A DNA stretch of 64,000 nt, taken from positions 1 to 64,000 of the forward strand of contig CAVUCU010000001.1 of the NCBI GenBank assembly GCA_963740085.1, read 5' to 3'. The position numbers and the translations under genes are program-made. The notes under the pieces were generated by a model. The model worked only from the letters and a program-made list of their open reading frames with translations, had not been told where the DNA came from and did not search any database. Position 1 is the first letter of the stretch. Every line of letters starts with the position of its first letter. Positions 19,596 to 29,632 of the stretch are shown here, in pieces. Origin of the DNA: Nitrospirota bacterium. GTDB taxonomy: Bacteria > Nitrospirota > UBA9217.

Positions 19596-20252
19596 CTATT
19601 TGTCATCCGATGTCCTGAACAGCAACTCCAGCGTGAGGGTGACCATCTTTTCCCTGACGTCGTAATCCCTCCTGAGATAGGCGGTCGTGGCGCTGTTGGT
19701 CTCGTGGGAAAAAAAACCCTTCCCTTCTCCCGTGTAATCAAATACCTGGAATCCCAATTTCACAACGGTCGTAAGCTTGTTATTGTCATTGAAATTCACT
19801 CCAAGCACCAGGCCCTTGCCGAGACCGAACAGGTTTATTTTGTAATTGGAGTAATCGCGGGGATGCCCGCCGACCCAGGTCACTTTGATCTCCGGGCCGA
19901 ACCAGACGCGGACCTTGGGAGTGACCAGCGTGCCGAAGCCGAAGCTGTTGCTGATGATCATCCCCTCCAGGTCTGCAGTGCCCCAGGCTGTGTTGTTCAT
20001 ATTGCTGAAGAAGCCGTAGCCTACGGTCAGGTTGTAATTGAACAACTTGTCGCGGGCCGGGGCGGTATCCAGCGCCAGGCCGAAACCCAGGTGACCGGTG
20101 GCCTTTTTAAATGTCGCTGCATCATCCGGAGACCAGTCCGCCCTTCCCGCGGCCACTGTGCCGTAGACACCCAGGCCAGCCGCATCCGCGTCGGTAACGA
20201 TGGCGGCGCACAGCAGGAAGAGAAGCATTGTGGAGAAACAGAGCTTGAACAT
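19596..20252 (-). CDS. Putative outer-membrane beta-barrel protein
   Basis: Signal peptide ..DADA, alternating hydrophobic strands. Confidence 0.65.
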   Translation of the reverse strand: MFKLCFSTMLLFLLCAAIVTDADAAGLGVYGTVAAGRADWSPDDAATFKKATGHLGFGLALDTAPARDKLFNYNLTVGYGFFSNMNNTAWGTADLEGMIISNSFGFGTLVTPKVRVWFGPEIKVTWVGGHPRDYSNYKINLFGLGKGLVLGVNFNDNNKLTTVVKLGFQVFDYTGEGKGFFSHETNSATTAYLRRDYDVREKMVTLTLELLFRTSDDK

Positions 20253-20309
20253 AGAAAACCTCCTCAAATCTGAAGGGACCGGAATCTGTCCTCATCCTTC
20301 TTCCCCGCT

Positions 20310-21902
20310 TCAATGAACCGCTACATATGAAGGATACCACAACCCGGAGGCGATGGTTGTTGTCGGCCCTGTTGCGATCGGGACCTTCTTTATAGCCCCG
20401 CTTCCTTCTTCCGCCCAATAGACGTTCGTGGAATCTATTGCAATGCCTTTAGGGCTGGTTAGGCCTGAAGCAAGAGTTGTTGCCGTTCCTCCGTTTATTC
20501 CCACCTTCTTTATCGCGCCGGGAATGGTATACTCGCTCCAGTAAACATTGTTGGTATCGACCGCTATACTCCAGGGGCTGGTCAGACCTGACGCGAGCGT
20601 TGTTGTCAGTCCGCTCGAAAATGCATATTTCATCACAGCTCCGCCCGCAGCGGAGCCGGACTCGGTCCAATAGACATTCGTGGAATCCACGGCAATACGG
20701 TTGGGAGAGGACCTTCCCGAGACGAGCGTTATCACAGACCCGCTGTTGATGCCCCTCGTCTTTACAGTCCCGCTGCCAAATTCGACCCAGTAGACGTTGG
20801 TGGAATCCACGGCAACGCCGCCAGCGCCATCCAATCCCGAAGCGATCGTGCTGATAGTCCCGCCGGTAATCCCGACCTTTTGCACGAAACCGTTGGTAAA
20901 GCTCTGTGTCCAATAGACATTGGTGGAATCCGCGGTCATATTGGGGGCATTGTTCAGCCCTGTGGCAAGTGTCGTGACCGTCCCCCCGGTCAACCTGACC
21001 TTTCTTACCGCCCCGGAATCTAATGCACGGCTTCCGTCCTCTATCCAATAGATGCCCGTGTTATTTACCGCGATATTGCCGGGGCCGCCCAACGCCGGAG
21101 CGATGGTCGTTATCACACCACCGGTGATGTCCACCCTTCTCACCAGACCAACATATGGGCCGTCTTCCGTCCAATAGACAAAGCTACCGGACGGCAAGAC
21201 AAGGGCGGTGACCGGGAAGGGATCACTTGCCGTGACCGTTCCGCTCGACGTGGTCAGGGTCAGGGCGCATGATGAAGCGCTCAGGTCGGGAATGAGAAAA
21301 ACAATTTCAGTGCTAGTCGCGCCGAGTATCGTGGCGGGAACGCCGCATAGGGTAATAGAGATAGCCGATATGAATGTCGGAAAATTCGTTCCCGTGAGCG
21401 TAACGACCGCTCCGGGGGGGCCGCTGACGGGCGCAAAACTGGTGATCGTGGGAACCGGTGCTCCTCCCCCACCTCCGCCGCCTCCGGATACGCTGACGGA
21501 ACAGTCGCGGCAACGGCAGCTAAAGTTCGCGCTGAGGCCTCCACTCGATCCGCTTATCGTGAACGCCGATGACGTGGAAAATTGCCCGCTCATCGGGAGC
21601 GGAAGGCAGGTCGGGCACAGGACATCGGTGCCGGTAAAATTCCCATTGCCGTCGACGTTGCCCGTAAAGGCACCGGCCGAATCAGAGCAGTGTCCGTTTG
21701 AGCAGGTGAAGGTGCCCGTACCGGAGGTAGACCCCCCAGGACTCGTTGTAGAACCGGTGCAGTTATATGTTCCGTTAAAACTCGCCGTCGTGCTGCCGGC
21801 GCTTGACCCGATTTCTCCGACTCCGCCGCTGGAGCAGGCTTTCATGCTGACTGCGACAAGAAGAAGAGTGAGCAACATGATCAGTTTCAGATAAGTACGC
21901 AT
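20310..21902 (-). CDS. Lipoprotein with Cys-rich N-domain, IPT/TIG domain and YW-repeat beta-propeller
   Basis: Lipobox-like KAC; PTITSFAP..GAVVTLTGTNF; about seven DSTNVYWxE repeats. Confidence 0.85.
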   Translation of the reverse strand: MRTYLKLIMLLTLLLVAVSMKACSSGGVGEIGSSAGSTTASFNGTYNCTGSTTSPGGSTSGTGTFTCSNGHCSDSAGAFTGNVDGNGNFTGTDVLCPTCLPLPMSGQFSTSSAFTISGSSGGLSANFSCRCRDCSVSVSGGGGGGGGAPVPTITSFAPVSGPPGAVVTLTGTNFPTFISAISITLCGVPATILGATSTEIVFLIPDLSASSCALTLTTSSGTVTASDPFPVTALVLPSGSFVYWTEDGPYVGLVRRVDITGGVITTIAPALGGPGNIAVNNTGIYWIEDGSRALDSGAVRKVRLTGGTVTTLATGLNNAPNMTADSTNVYWTQSFTNGFVQKVGITGGTISTIASGLDGAGGVAVDSTNVYWVEFGSGTVKTRGINSGSVITLVSGRSSPNRIAVDSTNVYWTESGSAAGGAVMKYAFSSGLTTTLASGLTSPWSIAVDTNNVYWSEYTIPGAIKKVGINGGTATTLASGLTSPKGIAIDSTNVYWAEEGSGAIKKVPIATGPTTTIASGLWYPSYVAVH

Positions 21903-22118
21903 CGCGGCCTCCTTTGCGATTGATATCTGCGGAATGAACTTTGTTTTTTTACGGGGATATGAGATTTACTATTTACGTCCGCCTGTTCGCCAGTCATCAC
22001 CCAGTCGGTTTGCTTCGTTTTAACGTCAATCCGAAAATCCTCGGTTCAGGTTACGTCCGTCTGTTCGCCTTTCATCATATCATCATACGGTCGATCCATA
22101 TCGCCTTAACGTCAGTCT

Positions 22119-22499
22119 TCACCCCTGATATTCCCTCAGCGTCTTCGTCCTCTTTGCCTTTGTCTTTCCCTTCTTCTCCGGCAGCGACAGCGCGTACTCC
22201 TTTCCTGTCCCCAGCCACTTTGCGAGCCCGGCCGCTCCCTTCCACCCCGCTTCCTGCACCATGACCCAGCCGCTCATCGGCCTGCCGGTGATATCAAAGG
22301 GCCGCACGTTCTTGTTCTTAAGGCTTTGCTCTCCCCTTTCCTTATCCATGCGCACGATCAGGCTGTCCTTGTGGATGCCGAAGGCCATGTTGCCCTTGAG
22401 CAGGTAGCACACGCCGCCAAACATCTTCTTCTTTTCCAGGTCCTTCCAGCGCTTTGCAGCGGCATCGATCATTGCTTCCAATTTTTCATTATAGGGCAT
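22119..22499 (-). CDS. TfoX/Sxy N-terminal family protein
   Basis: KKMFGGVCYLLKGNM, FDITGRPMSGWVMV, ALSLPEK. Confidence 0.88.
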   Translation of the reverse strand: MPYNEKLEAMIDAAAKRWKDLEKKKMFGGVCYLLKGNMAFGIHKDSLIVRMDKERGEQSLKNKNVRPFDITGRPMSGWVMVQEAGWKGAAGLAKWLGTGKEYALSLPEKKGKTKAKRTKTLREYQG

Positions 22500-22637
22500 A
22501 TTTGACTCCGTTGATGCAGACGGGAAACGACTTAATGCAGACAAGGATCGACGCAGAAGCGACCAGGCGACCTGTTAATGCAAAAAAACAGACGGGAATC
22601 GACGCGTCAGTCTTCACCCGGGGAGCCGCTTTTTTGG

Positions 22638-22677
22638 GAAGGATATCCCTATTGAGGTAAAAAGTAAAGCAGGTTTT
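22638..22677 (-). promoter_or_regulatory. Promoter module copy 3 (TTTACT-17-TATCCT) upstream of the TfoX gene
   Basis: -35 22663-22668, -10 22640-22645. Confidence 0.6.
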
Positions 22678-22689
22678 TAAACGTCAATT

Positions 22690-22743
22690 GAGTCTAAAGC
22701 GTCTCATGAGTTCATTGAGTTTATAGCGTTTGTAGGGCCTGGA
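22690..22743 (+). repeat. Degenerate nonamer tract GAGTYYATA
   Basis: Six units; same family at 28805 and 29633. Confidence 0.75.
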
Positions 22744-22842
22744 TCCTCGTGTGTTAAGATAACTTGCCCCGGAGACGTTCTCTTTGTATAATAAGAATAC
22801 GAGGTGCCTCTCCCTTCTCGAGAAAGCCCCGAAATATCATCC

Positions 22843-25800
22843 ATGACATTGCGAAAGAAAATACTTCTCTGGCTTGCGGCCGTCATGACCGTGTTTCTCG
22901 CTGCCGTGATCTTCCTGGCGCCGGTCTATCTGAATTCCAAGTCGGCGAAAGGCCGCATCGAGGCCGCGGTATCGAAAAGGCTCGGCGGAACCATGTCGTT
23001 CGAGCGGCTCGATCTTTCGCTCTTTCCCCGCCCCCATATTTCGCTCACGAAGCTGAAGCTTCGCTATCCCCGGACGTTCCGCGGGACGCTTCAGTCGCTC
23101 AACATTTATCCTCAACTATTGCCGCTGCTCTCCGGCAAACTGCGCCTTGCGAAGATCCAGGTCGCGGAGCCCGACTTCAGGGTCATCCTGCCCGCATCGG
23201 TCTCCGAATCAACAGCAGAGGCGCCCTCTCTTGAAGAGACCAAGAAGGATATCCGCACCGTGCTCTCTTATTTGGAGGCCATCGGCCCGGGTCTGGTCGA
23301 GGAGATGGACAACGGCAAATTCCTTTTCAGAAGGAGTCACCGGGATTTTCTTTCTCTGAAGAACGTGACCGTGCACTTCAACGCCCCGCCCGGCGATATG
23401 AAGTTCCTGGTCAAGGCCTCCACGGAGCAATGGGGTAATTTTTCCCTGAGCGGGAGCTATTCCTTCAGCGAGAAGATGTCCCAGGTCAGGGACCTTTCGA
23501 TATCCATGGGGCGCTCGTCTCTCACCGGATTTTCCGCGAACCTGTATTGGGACCGCGTCCCCTGGCTGGACATGTTTTCAGGCAGAGCCGAGGTCGCTCT
23601 CGATGAGCTCTATTCCTGGCTGTCGTCCTCGGAAAGCCTGACGCCGTTTCTGCAACTCGTGCGCCTGAAGCGCGGGGTGCTGACCGTCTCCTCGCTGCTG
23701 GGCGGCGGGCTGATCGATCATCCCGAGACATGGAGGGGAACGATGACCGGCGAGGTGAGGGATGTGCTTGCGGAATCGCGGTGGCTGCCCGCGCCGGTGA
23801 ACCTCAGTACCCGGTTCCGGATCGATGACAACACCCTGGAAGTCACCGGGTTGTCGGCCAAGCTTGGCTCATCTTCCCTTGACAATATTTCAGCGCGTTT
23901 TGTTAAAAGTAAGGTCCCCGATTTCGCTGTTTCAGAAGGACGGGCATCCTTTGATCTGGCAGAGCTGTTTCGCTGGAGGAACAGGTACGAAAAAGCCGGG
24001 CCAATGTTAAAAGACGTTTCGAACCTCGGCGGCGAGATATCCCTCTCTTCTCTTCGTATGGGAGGTCCCGTGCTGCAGCCCGCGAAATGGCGTCTGAACA
24101 TCACCGGCGAAGCCAGGGGCCTCGTGATCGACTCTCCTCTCCTTCCAGCGTCCCTTGCCGTAAGCGGCAGGTTCGCCCTGGAGGAGAACAAGATAACGGT
24201 ATCTGATACGAAGGTCCGCCTCGGCACGTCATCCCTGTCCCGCGTCTCCGCGAGCATCACCGGACGCGATACGCCCATGCTCGAGATCGTCAACGTCAAT
24301 GCGCTCATTCATGCTGGTGAACTCTTCCAATGGCGGGGCAGGTACCCGGCACTGAACAGCGTTCTGAGCAGCGTACGTGAGCTGAAGGGAGATCTGACCC
24401 TATCCTCGCTCGGTTTCAGGGGGCCGCTGCTTCATCCCGGGAGAGGAAAGATCAATGCCGCCGGCGGTCTTGATCACGTCGTTATCGACTCATCGATCCT
24501 GCCGGGACCGGTCGGTCTGGCGAGTGGCGATTTCAGGTTCGTTTCCGACAACTTGTCCTTCGGCCTGCACGAAGCCACGATCCTGGATTCGTCCCTGACC
24601 GGCACAGCCGTTATCAGCCGCATTACAAGCACCCTGCTGCGCACCATTGACCTGTCCCTGAACGGGAACTCCGGCAGAAAAACGCTTGACTGGGTCTTTG
24701 AGAAGCTCGAACTGCCGCCCGATCTCATGATCAAGACCCCCATTGCCCTCAGGAATTCCCATCTGACCTGGGAAGGAACAAAGGGGCTCACGTTCGCCGG
24801 ATCGATCTCAGTGCCGGAAGGTCTTGCGTTCCTTGTTGATCTCACCCAGCACAATACCGATCTCGACATCCGGCGTCTGGTGATCAAAGACCAGGAGACG
24901 AACGCGGCCGTCACGTTGAACTGGCAGAAGCAGAAGGCCGACATTTCCTACTCAGGGGTCATGGCACAATCCACGCTGAGCAGGATATTCGAACAGGGGA
25001 ATTTCGGCAAAGGCTCCGTGAACGGCGATATCCATGCCGTGATCCACACGGACCAGCCGCTCAGGTCCCGCATCAAAGGCACTCTCGAAGGCAGCGATAT
25101 TTTCATTCCCTGGGGGATGCCGGTGCCGACCACGATCGACAAGTTCGCGATCAACGCCGATAACGATGTCCTGACCGTGAACACCGCTGAAGTCACCTGG
25201 GGTAAGAACCATTACACCATGACGGGCGCGGCAACGACCTCGGACGAGGGCATCGCCTTCAGCATGGCGCTCAAAGCCGACGGCATTGATATACAGGAAA
25301 TTCAGCAGGCCATGGAACAGGCAGGCAAGAAAAGCACCGATCAGAAAGTCAGGTCTTTTCCCCTGCCGCCCATACGGGGCGACCTCAGTGCAGACTCGTC
25401 GTATGTTAAGTTCAGAAGCTTTATCTTTGCTCCCGCCCACGCCGTCATAACCGTGGATCCGGACAGGGTGATTATGGAATTTACCGACACCAGGACCTGC
25501 GATATTTCGATACCGGGTTCACTCCTCATTTCCCGGGAGAGCATCTCTTTTTCGTTCACGCCAACGGCAAAGAAAGAAACCCTGGGTTACACTATCTCTT
25601 GTCTGACGAACATGGACGCGCATGTATCCGGCGAATATGACTTGAGCTCGAGCTTCAGGTCGCACGGTACGGGAAAGGAACTGCTCTCTTCCCTTGAAGG
25701 GAGGGTGGATTTCAAGGCGCGGAACGGCAAGATCTACCATTATCCGCTCCTGCAAAAAATATTTTCCGTTTTGAGCGTGCTTGAGATCTTTCGCGGCAGG

Positions 25801-26199
25801 GTCCCGGACCTGGGGGGAAGCGGCTTCCCCTATCATTCCATGGCAATACGGGGAGACATCCACGAGGGCGTGTTCACCCTGGAGAAAGCCTACATCGGCG
25901 GGCGGTCCCTGGACATCATTGCAGAAGGCAAGATCGATCTGGGGAAGCAGCGGTTGGACCTCATCGTGCTCGTTGCGCCGTTTTCATCGATCAACTGGGT
26001 CATCCGGCACATTCCGTTCCTCGGGAAGATCATGAGCGGCACCCTGATCTCGATACCGGTCCGGGTGTCAGGCGATATGGCGAATCCGAACGTTGTATTC
26101 CTCTCACCCACGGCCGTGGGCTCGCGGATCCTGAAACTCCTGGAGAACATCATTAAACTGCCGGTGGATATCGTTTCGCCGCTGATGCCGAAGAAATGA
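22843..26199 (+). CDS. AsmA-like family protein
   Basis: N-terminal TM anchor, beta-rich repeated segments, C-terminal G.IDL...LDL.VLVAP...IPFLG..GD..NP.V. Confidence 0.88.
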   Translation: MTLRKKILLWLAAVMTVFLAAVIFLAPVYLNSKSAKGRIEAAVSKRLGGTMSFERLDLSLFPRPHISLTKLKLRYPRTFRGTLQSLNIYPQLLPLLSGKLRLAKIQVAEPDFRVILPASVSESTAEAPSLEETKKDIRTVLSYLEAIGPGLVEEMDNGKFLFRRSHRDFLSLKNVTVHFNAPPGDMKFLVKASTEQWGNFSLSGSYSFSEKMSQVRDLSISMGRSSLTGFSANLYWDRVPWLDMFSGRAEVALDELYSWLSSSESLTPFLQLVRLKRGVLTVSSLLGGGLIDHPETWRGTMTGEVRDVLAESRWLPAPVNLSTRFRIDDNTLEVTGLSAKLGSSSLDNISARFVKSKVPDFAVSEGRASFDLAELFRWRNRYEKAGPMLKDVSNLGGEISLSSLRMGGPVLQPAKWRLNITGEARGLVIDSPLLPASLAVSGRFALEENKITVSDTKVRLGTSSLSRVSASITGRDTPMLEIVNVNALIHAGELFQWRGRYPALNSVLSSVRELKGDLTLSSLGFRGPLLHPGRGKINAAGGLDHVVIDSSILPGPVGLASGDFRFVSDNLSFGLHEATILDSSLTGTAVISRITSTLLRTIDLSLNGNSGRKTLDWVFEKLELPPDLMIKTPIALRNSHLTWEGTKGLTFAGSISVPEGLAFLVDLTQHNTDLDIRRLVIKDQETNAAVTLNWQKQKADISYSGVMAQSTLSRIFEQGNFGKGSVNGDIHAVIHTDQPLRSRIKGTLEGSDIFIPWGMPVPTTIDKFAINADNDVLTVNTAEVTWGKNHYTMTGAATTSDEGIAFSMALKADGIDIQEIQQAMEQAGKKSTDQKVRSFPLPPIRGDLSADSSYVKFRSFIFAPAHAVITVDPDRVIMEFTDTRTCDISIPGSLLISRESISFSFTPTAKKETLGYTISCLTNMDAHVSGEYDLSSSFRSHGTGKELLSSLEGRVDFKARNGKIYHYPLLQKIFSVLSVLEIFRGRVPDLGGSGFPYHSMAIRGDIHEGVFTLEKAYIGGRSLDIIAEGKIDLGKQRLDLIVLVAPFSSINWVIRHIPFLGKIMSGTLISIPVRVSGDMANPNVVFLSPTAVGSRILKLLENIIKLPVDIVSPLMPKK

Positions 26200-26256
26200 A
26201 AAGCGACGAAGTCGCCCCTTCGTCGCCTCACCGTCGCGTTACGTCGGCCTTGTAGC

Positions 26257-26403
26257 CTACTTGTCCCCGATCAACCATTCCAGTACGAACCACGCCGCAA
26301 CCAGCCCCGCGATCAGAAAGAGGGTCTTCCCGACGTTCCGCCAGACACTGCCGTGTTCCGGTTCTTCCGGCGTTCCCGTTTTTTTACTCAGTTTGTTCTC
26401 CAT
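26257..26403 (-). CDS. Small membrane protein (48 aa)
   Basis: MENKLSK..TLFLIAGLVAAWFVLEWLI single TM helix. Confidence 0.55.
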   Translation of the reverse strand: MENKLSKKTGTPEEPEHGSVWRNVGKTLFLIAGLVAAWFVLEWLIGDK

Positions 26404-26467
26404 CCACATCCTTCGCCGGTTCTTGTCGCCTCTGTTCGCAATTGCTCCGTCGCCTTTACGTCGGCCT

Positions 26468-28240
26468 TTACCCGCTCGCCTTGATGACGCGGTAGATGGT
26501 TTCACTGAGGTCCTTAATTCTGTAGGGCTTGGTCAAGACGCCTTTGAAGCCATATTTCAGGAACTGCTCCATGACCGTATCATTGGAATACCCGCTTGAC
26601 ACGATCACCCTGGCACCGGGATCTATTTCGAGCAGTTTCGCAACCGCTTCCTTCCCTCCCATGCCTCCCGGTATGGTCAGGTCCATGATGACCGCGTCAA
26701 AGGGTTTCCCCGAAGCCCTGGCCTTTTGATAGACGTCCAGCGCGTTCTTTCCGTCGTGTGTCACGACGACATCATAGCCCAGGAACATAAGGATTTTTTT
26801 CGAGGACTCCCGTATCGCCTCATCATCGTCCATGACCAGTACCTGCCCGGCTCCCTTCAGAAGTTCTTCTTTCTTGACCTCCTTTGTCAAGACCTTCCCT
26901 TCCGAAGCGGGGAGGTAGATGGTGAAGGTCGCACCCCGGCCCAATACGGATGTCACGGTGATCTGGCCGTGATGTTTTTTTATGATGGAATAGGACGTCG
27001 CAAGACCGAGACCGCTCCCTTTCTGTTTCGTCGTAAAATACGGATCAAATACCTTAGGCAGATGTTCTTTTGCTATGCCGGTCCCGTGGTCTTCAATCGA
27101 GATTTTTACATATTTCCCTTTTTCCAGGGGAGGAACATCCAACGAGCCGAGCTCGACATTCCCGCCGATGACCCTGATCGAACCGCCTGCCTGCATGGCC
27201 TGGTCCGCGTTGATGATCATATTATTGACGACCTGTCTCAACTGCCCCGCATCGGCGTCAACGAGCCAGAGGTCTTGAGGAATGGAAAATTCGCACTTCA
27301 CGTTGGACCCGCGCAGGGAGAACTGCACCGATTCCTTTATGAGGTCCCCGACGGCCAGCGTGCTCTTGACCGGGCCTCCTCCTTTGGAAAAGGTCAAGAG
27401 CTGCAGGGTCAGGTCCTTTGCCCTGAGAGTCGCCTGCGCCGCCTCTTCCAGCGGTTCAAAGACCTTATTCTCGTGAACGGAATGCATCTTTGCCAGTTCA
27501 ACATTGCCCAGGATCCCCGACAGGAGATTGTTAAAGTCATGGGCGATCCCGCCGGCAAGAAGGCCGACCGACTCGAGCTTCTGTGCCTTGAGCAGCTCTT
27601 CTTCCATGGCCTTGCGCTCGGTAATGTCTATGATCATAGCCTGTACGGAAACGGTGCCGTCCCTGTTGTTAATAGGCGTATTGGTCAGGTGGTACCACCG
27701 GTTGTCCTTGGGGCTCTGCACTTCCCATTGAACGGTTTCACCCTGAAGCACCTTGTCATTCACGCACCAGGGACAGACCGAATCCTTTTCGTGCAGTGCT
27801 TCATAGCAGTTATGCCCGGTGGCGTCGTAACCCGTATGCTCTTTCAGCCGGTCGTTCATGAACTCGATGCGATGGTCCGGCGAGCAGATGTAGATAAAAC
27901 CGTCAAAGGCCTCGATCATGGCGCGGTACCTCGCTTCGCTCCGCGCGAGCGCCAGCTCGGTCTGTGTCCGTTCGGCGATCTCCTGCTGAAGCTGTCCGTT
28001 GATCCTTTTCAGCTCCGCCGTGTACCGCATAAAATATATGACGATCGGAGTGACGATCAAGGGCACGAACAGCGCGTCAATGCTGCCTATGATCAGCAGG
28101 TCCGGCGACATCCTTCCGTACCAGATAAAGCCTTGCACGGTATTCAGCAGGGCCGTAAACAGTTCCGAGATGACGACGGCTATCCAGACAAAATGCCAGG
28201 GATTTATCGGCCTCTTATTCTCAAGAATTTTTGTGATCAT
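26468..28240 (-). CDS. Hybrid PAS sensor histidine kinase/response regulator
   Basis: AHDFNNLL, PYFTTK, GSGLGLA; REC domain VLVMDDD, MDLTIPGG, KPY. Confidence 0.93.
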   Translation of the reverse strand: MITKILENKRPINPWHFVWIAVVISELFTALLNTVQGFIWYGRMSPDLLIIGSIDALFVPLIVTPIVIYFMRYTAELKRINGQLQQEIAERTQTELALARSEARYRAMIEAFDGFIYICSPDHRIEFMNDRLKEHTGYDATGHNCYEALHEKDSVCPWCVNDKVLQGETVQWEVQSPKDNRWYHLTNTPINNRDGTVSVQAMIIDITERKAMEEELLKAQKLESVGLLAGGIAHDFNNLLSGILGNVELAKMHSVHENKVFEPLEEAAQATLRAKDLTLQLLTFSKGGGPVKSTLAVGDLIKESVQFSLRGSNVKCEFSIPQDLWLVDADAGQLRQVVNNMIINADQAMQAGGSIRVIGGNVELGSLDVPPLEKGKYVKISIEDHGTGIAKEHLPKVFDPYFTTKQKGSGLGLATSYSIIKKHHGQITVTSVLGRGATFTIYLPASEGKVLTKEVKKEELLKGAGQVLVMDDDEAIRESSKKILMFLGYDVVVTHDGKNALDVYQKARASGKPFDAVIMDLTIPGGMGGKEAVAKLLEIDPGARVIVSSGYSNDTVMEQFLKYGFKGVLTKPYRIKDLSETIYRVIKASG

Positions 28241-28262
28241 GATCGAAGCGGTCCGCGAGACA

Positions 28263-28784
28263 TCAGGAAGCCTCCCCCTTCTGCCCGACAAAATGGTCCT
28301 TCTTGTCCTTGAACAGGATGTTGAACGTGGTCAGGGAGCCGTAGATGCGGGTAATATACTGCTGCAGCTCCACCTTCTCCCCGTCGCTCAGCTTCTTGTG
28401 TCCGTTGATCTGCGCTTCCATGACCCGCAAGCGGTCGCGGACCATCACGATCTTGTGGAAGAAGGCCTCGATGGGAACGGACTTGGGCGTCTGGCCCGCG
28501 TCCGCCGGCTTCAGCACCAGCTCCCCGCCCTGCCACCGCGCGCCGAGCTCGATCGCCGGCATCTCGGCTTCCTGCAGTTCGCGCGCCGCGAGCATCACCA
28601 TCTCGTACGCCGCTGCCTCGGCCTCGGTCAGCGGCTGCAGGTCGTCGACATCGACCAGGGTCTGCTTGTACAGCCGCGGGAAATAGACCTCGCAGTCAGG
28701 TCCGCCGCCCTTTGCCGTGTCTTCCACGCGGCCGATGCCGAATTGGTCGTGCCGCACAAAGTCTCCCTTCAACAGGTCAGCCAT
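28263..28784 (-). CDS. Hypothetical protein with Tudor-like N-terminus
   Basis: VRHDQFGIGRV; FFHKIVMVRDRLRV..QQYITRIYGSLTTFN; RBS AGGAGG. Confidence 0.8.
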   Translation of the reverse strand: MADLLKGDFVRHDQFGIGRVEDTAKGGGPDCEVYFPRLYKQTLVDVDDLQPLTEAEAAAYEMVMLAARELQEAEMPAIELGARWQGGELVLKPADAGQTPKSVPIEAFFHKIVMVRDRLRVMEAQINGHKKLSDGEKVELQQYITRIYGSLTTFNILFKDKKDHFVGQKGEAS

Positions 28785-28804
28785 GATGGTCCCTCCTTTT
28801 GAAG

Positions 28805-28858
28805 AAGTCTAAAGAGTTTATAGGGTCCATTGAGTAAATAGAGTTAATGGAGTTTGTA
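28805..28858 (+). repeat. Degenerate nonamer tract GAGTYYATA
   Basis: Six units. Confidence 0.75.
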
Positions 28859-28862
28859 CAAA

Positions 28863-29528
28863 TTAAAGACCTTTGAACCGGACAACTTCTTCCACTCTTC
28901 TTCTCGCGCTCCGGAACTTGTTCTGCGGATGATCGGGATCGGGATGGCCGAGCGCGATGCCGATGACGATCGCGAGGTTGTCGGGTATGCCGAGTTCCCT
29001 GCGGATCAGATCGGGATGCGCCGCGAGTGTGACGGCCACGGCCGAGCCGATGCCGTGCTCCTCGGCCGCGAGCATGATGCCATGGCTCATTGCGCCGAGA
29101 TCGAACAGGGACCACGGGGTGAGGCAGCGGTCCATACAGAGGAAGACGACTGCGGGCGCGTTGAAGAGCCTGTAGTTCATCTGCATCATATCCGGGATGG
29201 AGGCAGGGTCCTTGCACTCCTGCTGCAGTACGGCGGTACGCTCGGCCTTGAGAGCGTCCATGCGCGTGCGGCACTGTTCAGGCCACTCCCCGGGCATCGC
29301 AATGTCCGGGTTCCGGGGCACACAGTCCTTGAGGTTCACGGCGTACGCTTTGCGCAGCCGCTCGAGCGGCTCACCCACGGCGACGAAGATCTCCCACGGC
29401 TGGGTATTGGCCCAGGACGGCGCATGAAGAGCGGGCTCGAGGATCTTTGTCAGCAGGTCCCGGTCTATTCGGTCCGGTTTGAAGGCGCGTATGGTGCGGC
29501 GGGTGGTTAAGGCTTCAGTGACGTTCAT
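28863..29528 (-). CDS. Nitroreductase
   Basis: RRTIRAF, APSWANTQPW, FDLGA, GIALGHP. Confidence 0.92.
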   Translation of the reverse strand: MNVTEALTTRRTIRAFKPDRIDRDLLTKILEPALHAPSWANTQPWEIFVAVGEPLERLRKAYAVNLKDCVPRNPDIAMPGEWPEQCRTRMDALKAERTAVLQQECKDPASIPDMMQMNYRLFNAPAVVFLCMDRCLTPWSLFDLGAMSHGIMLAAEEHGIGSAVAVTLAAHPDLIRRELGIPDNLAIVIGIALGHPDPDHPQNKFRSARRRVEEVVRFKGL

Positions 29529-29632
29529 AGGGTTCAGTGACCTCCCCTTTTTGTTTAAAGCGTACTCCAAAAGAATGAATTTGGCAAGAGGTATCAGTTT
29601 GGGTGTCAGTTTTGGTCAGGGTGTGGTCTGGA

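Noticed and set aside
21973-22077. c-di-GMP-I riboswitch (GGCGAAC..GGACGTAA on the minus strand)
   Set aside because: The GNRA-capped stem that should lie between these motifs is absent.
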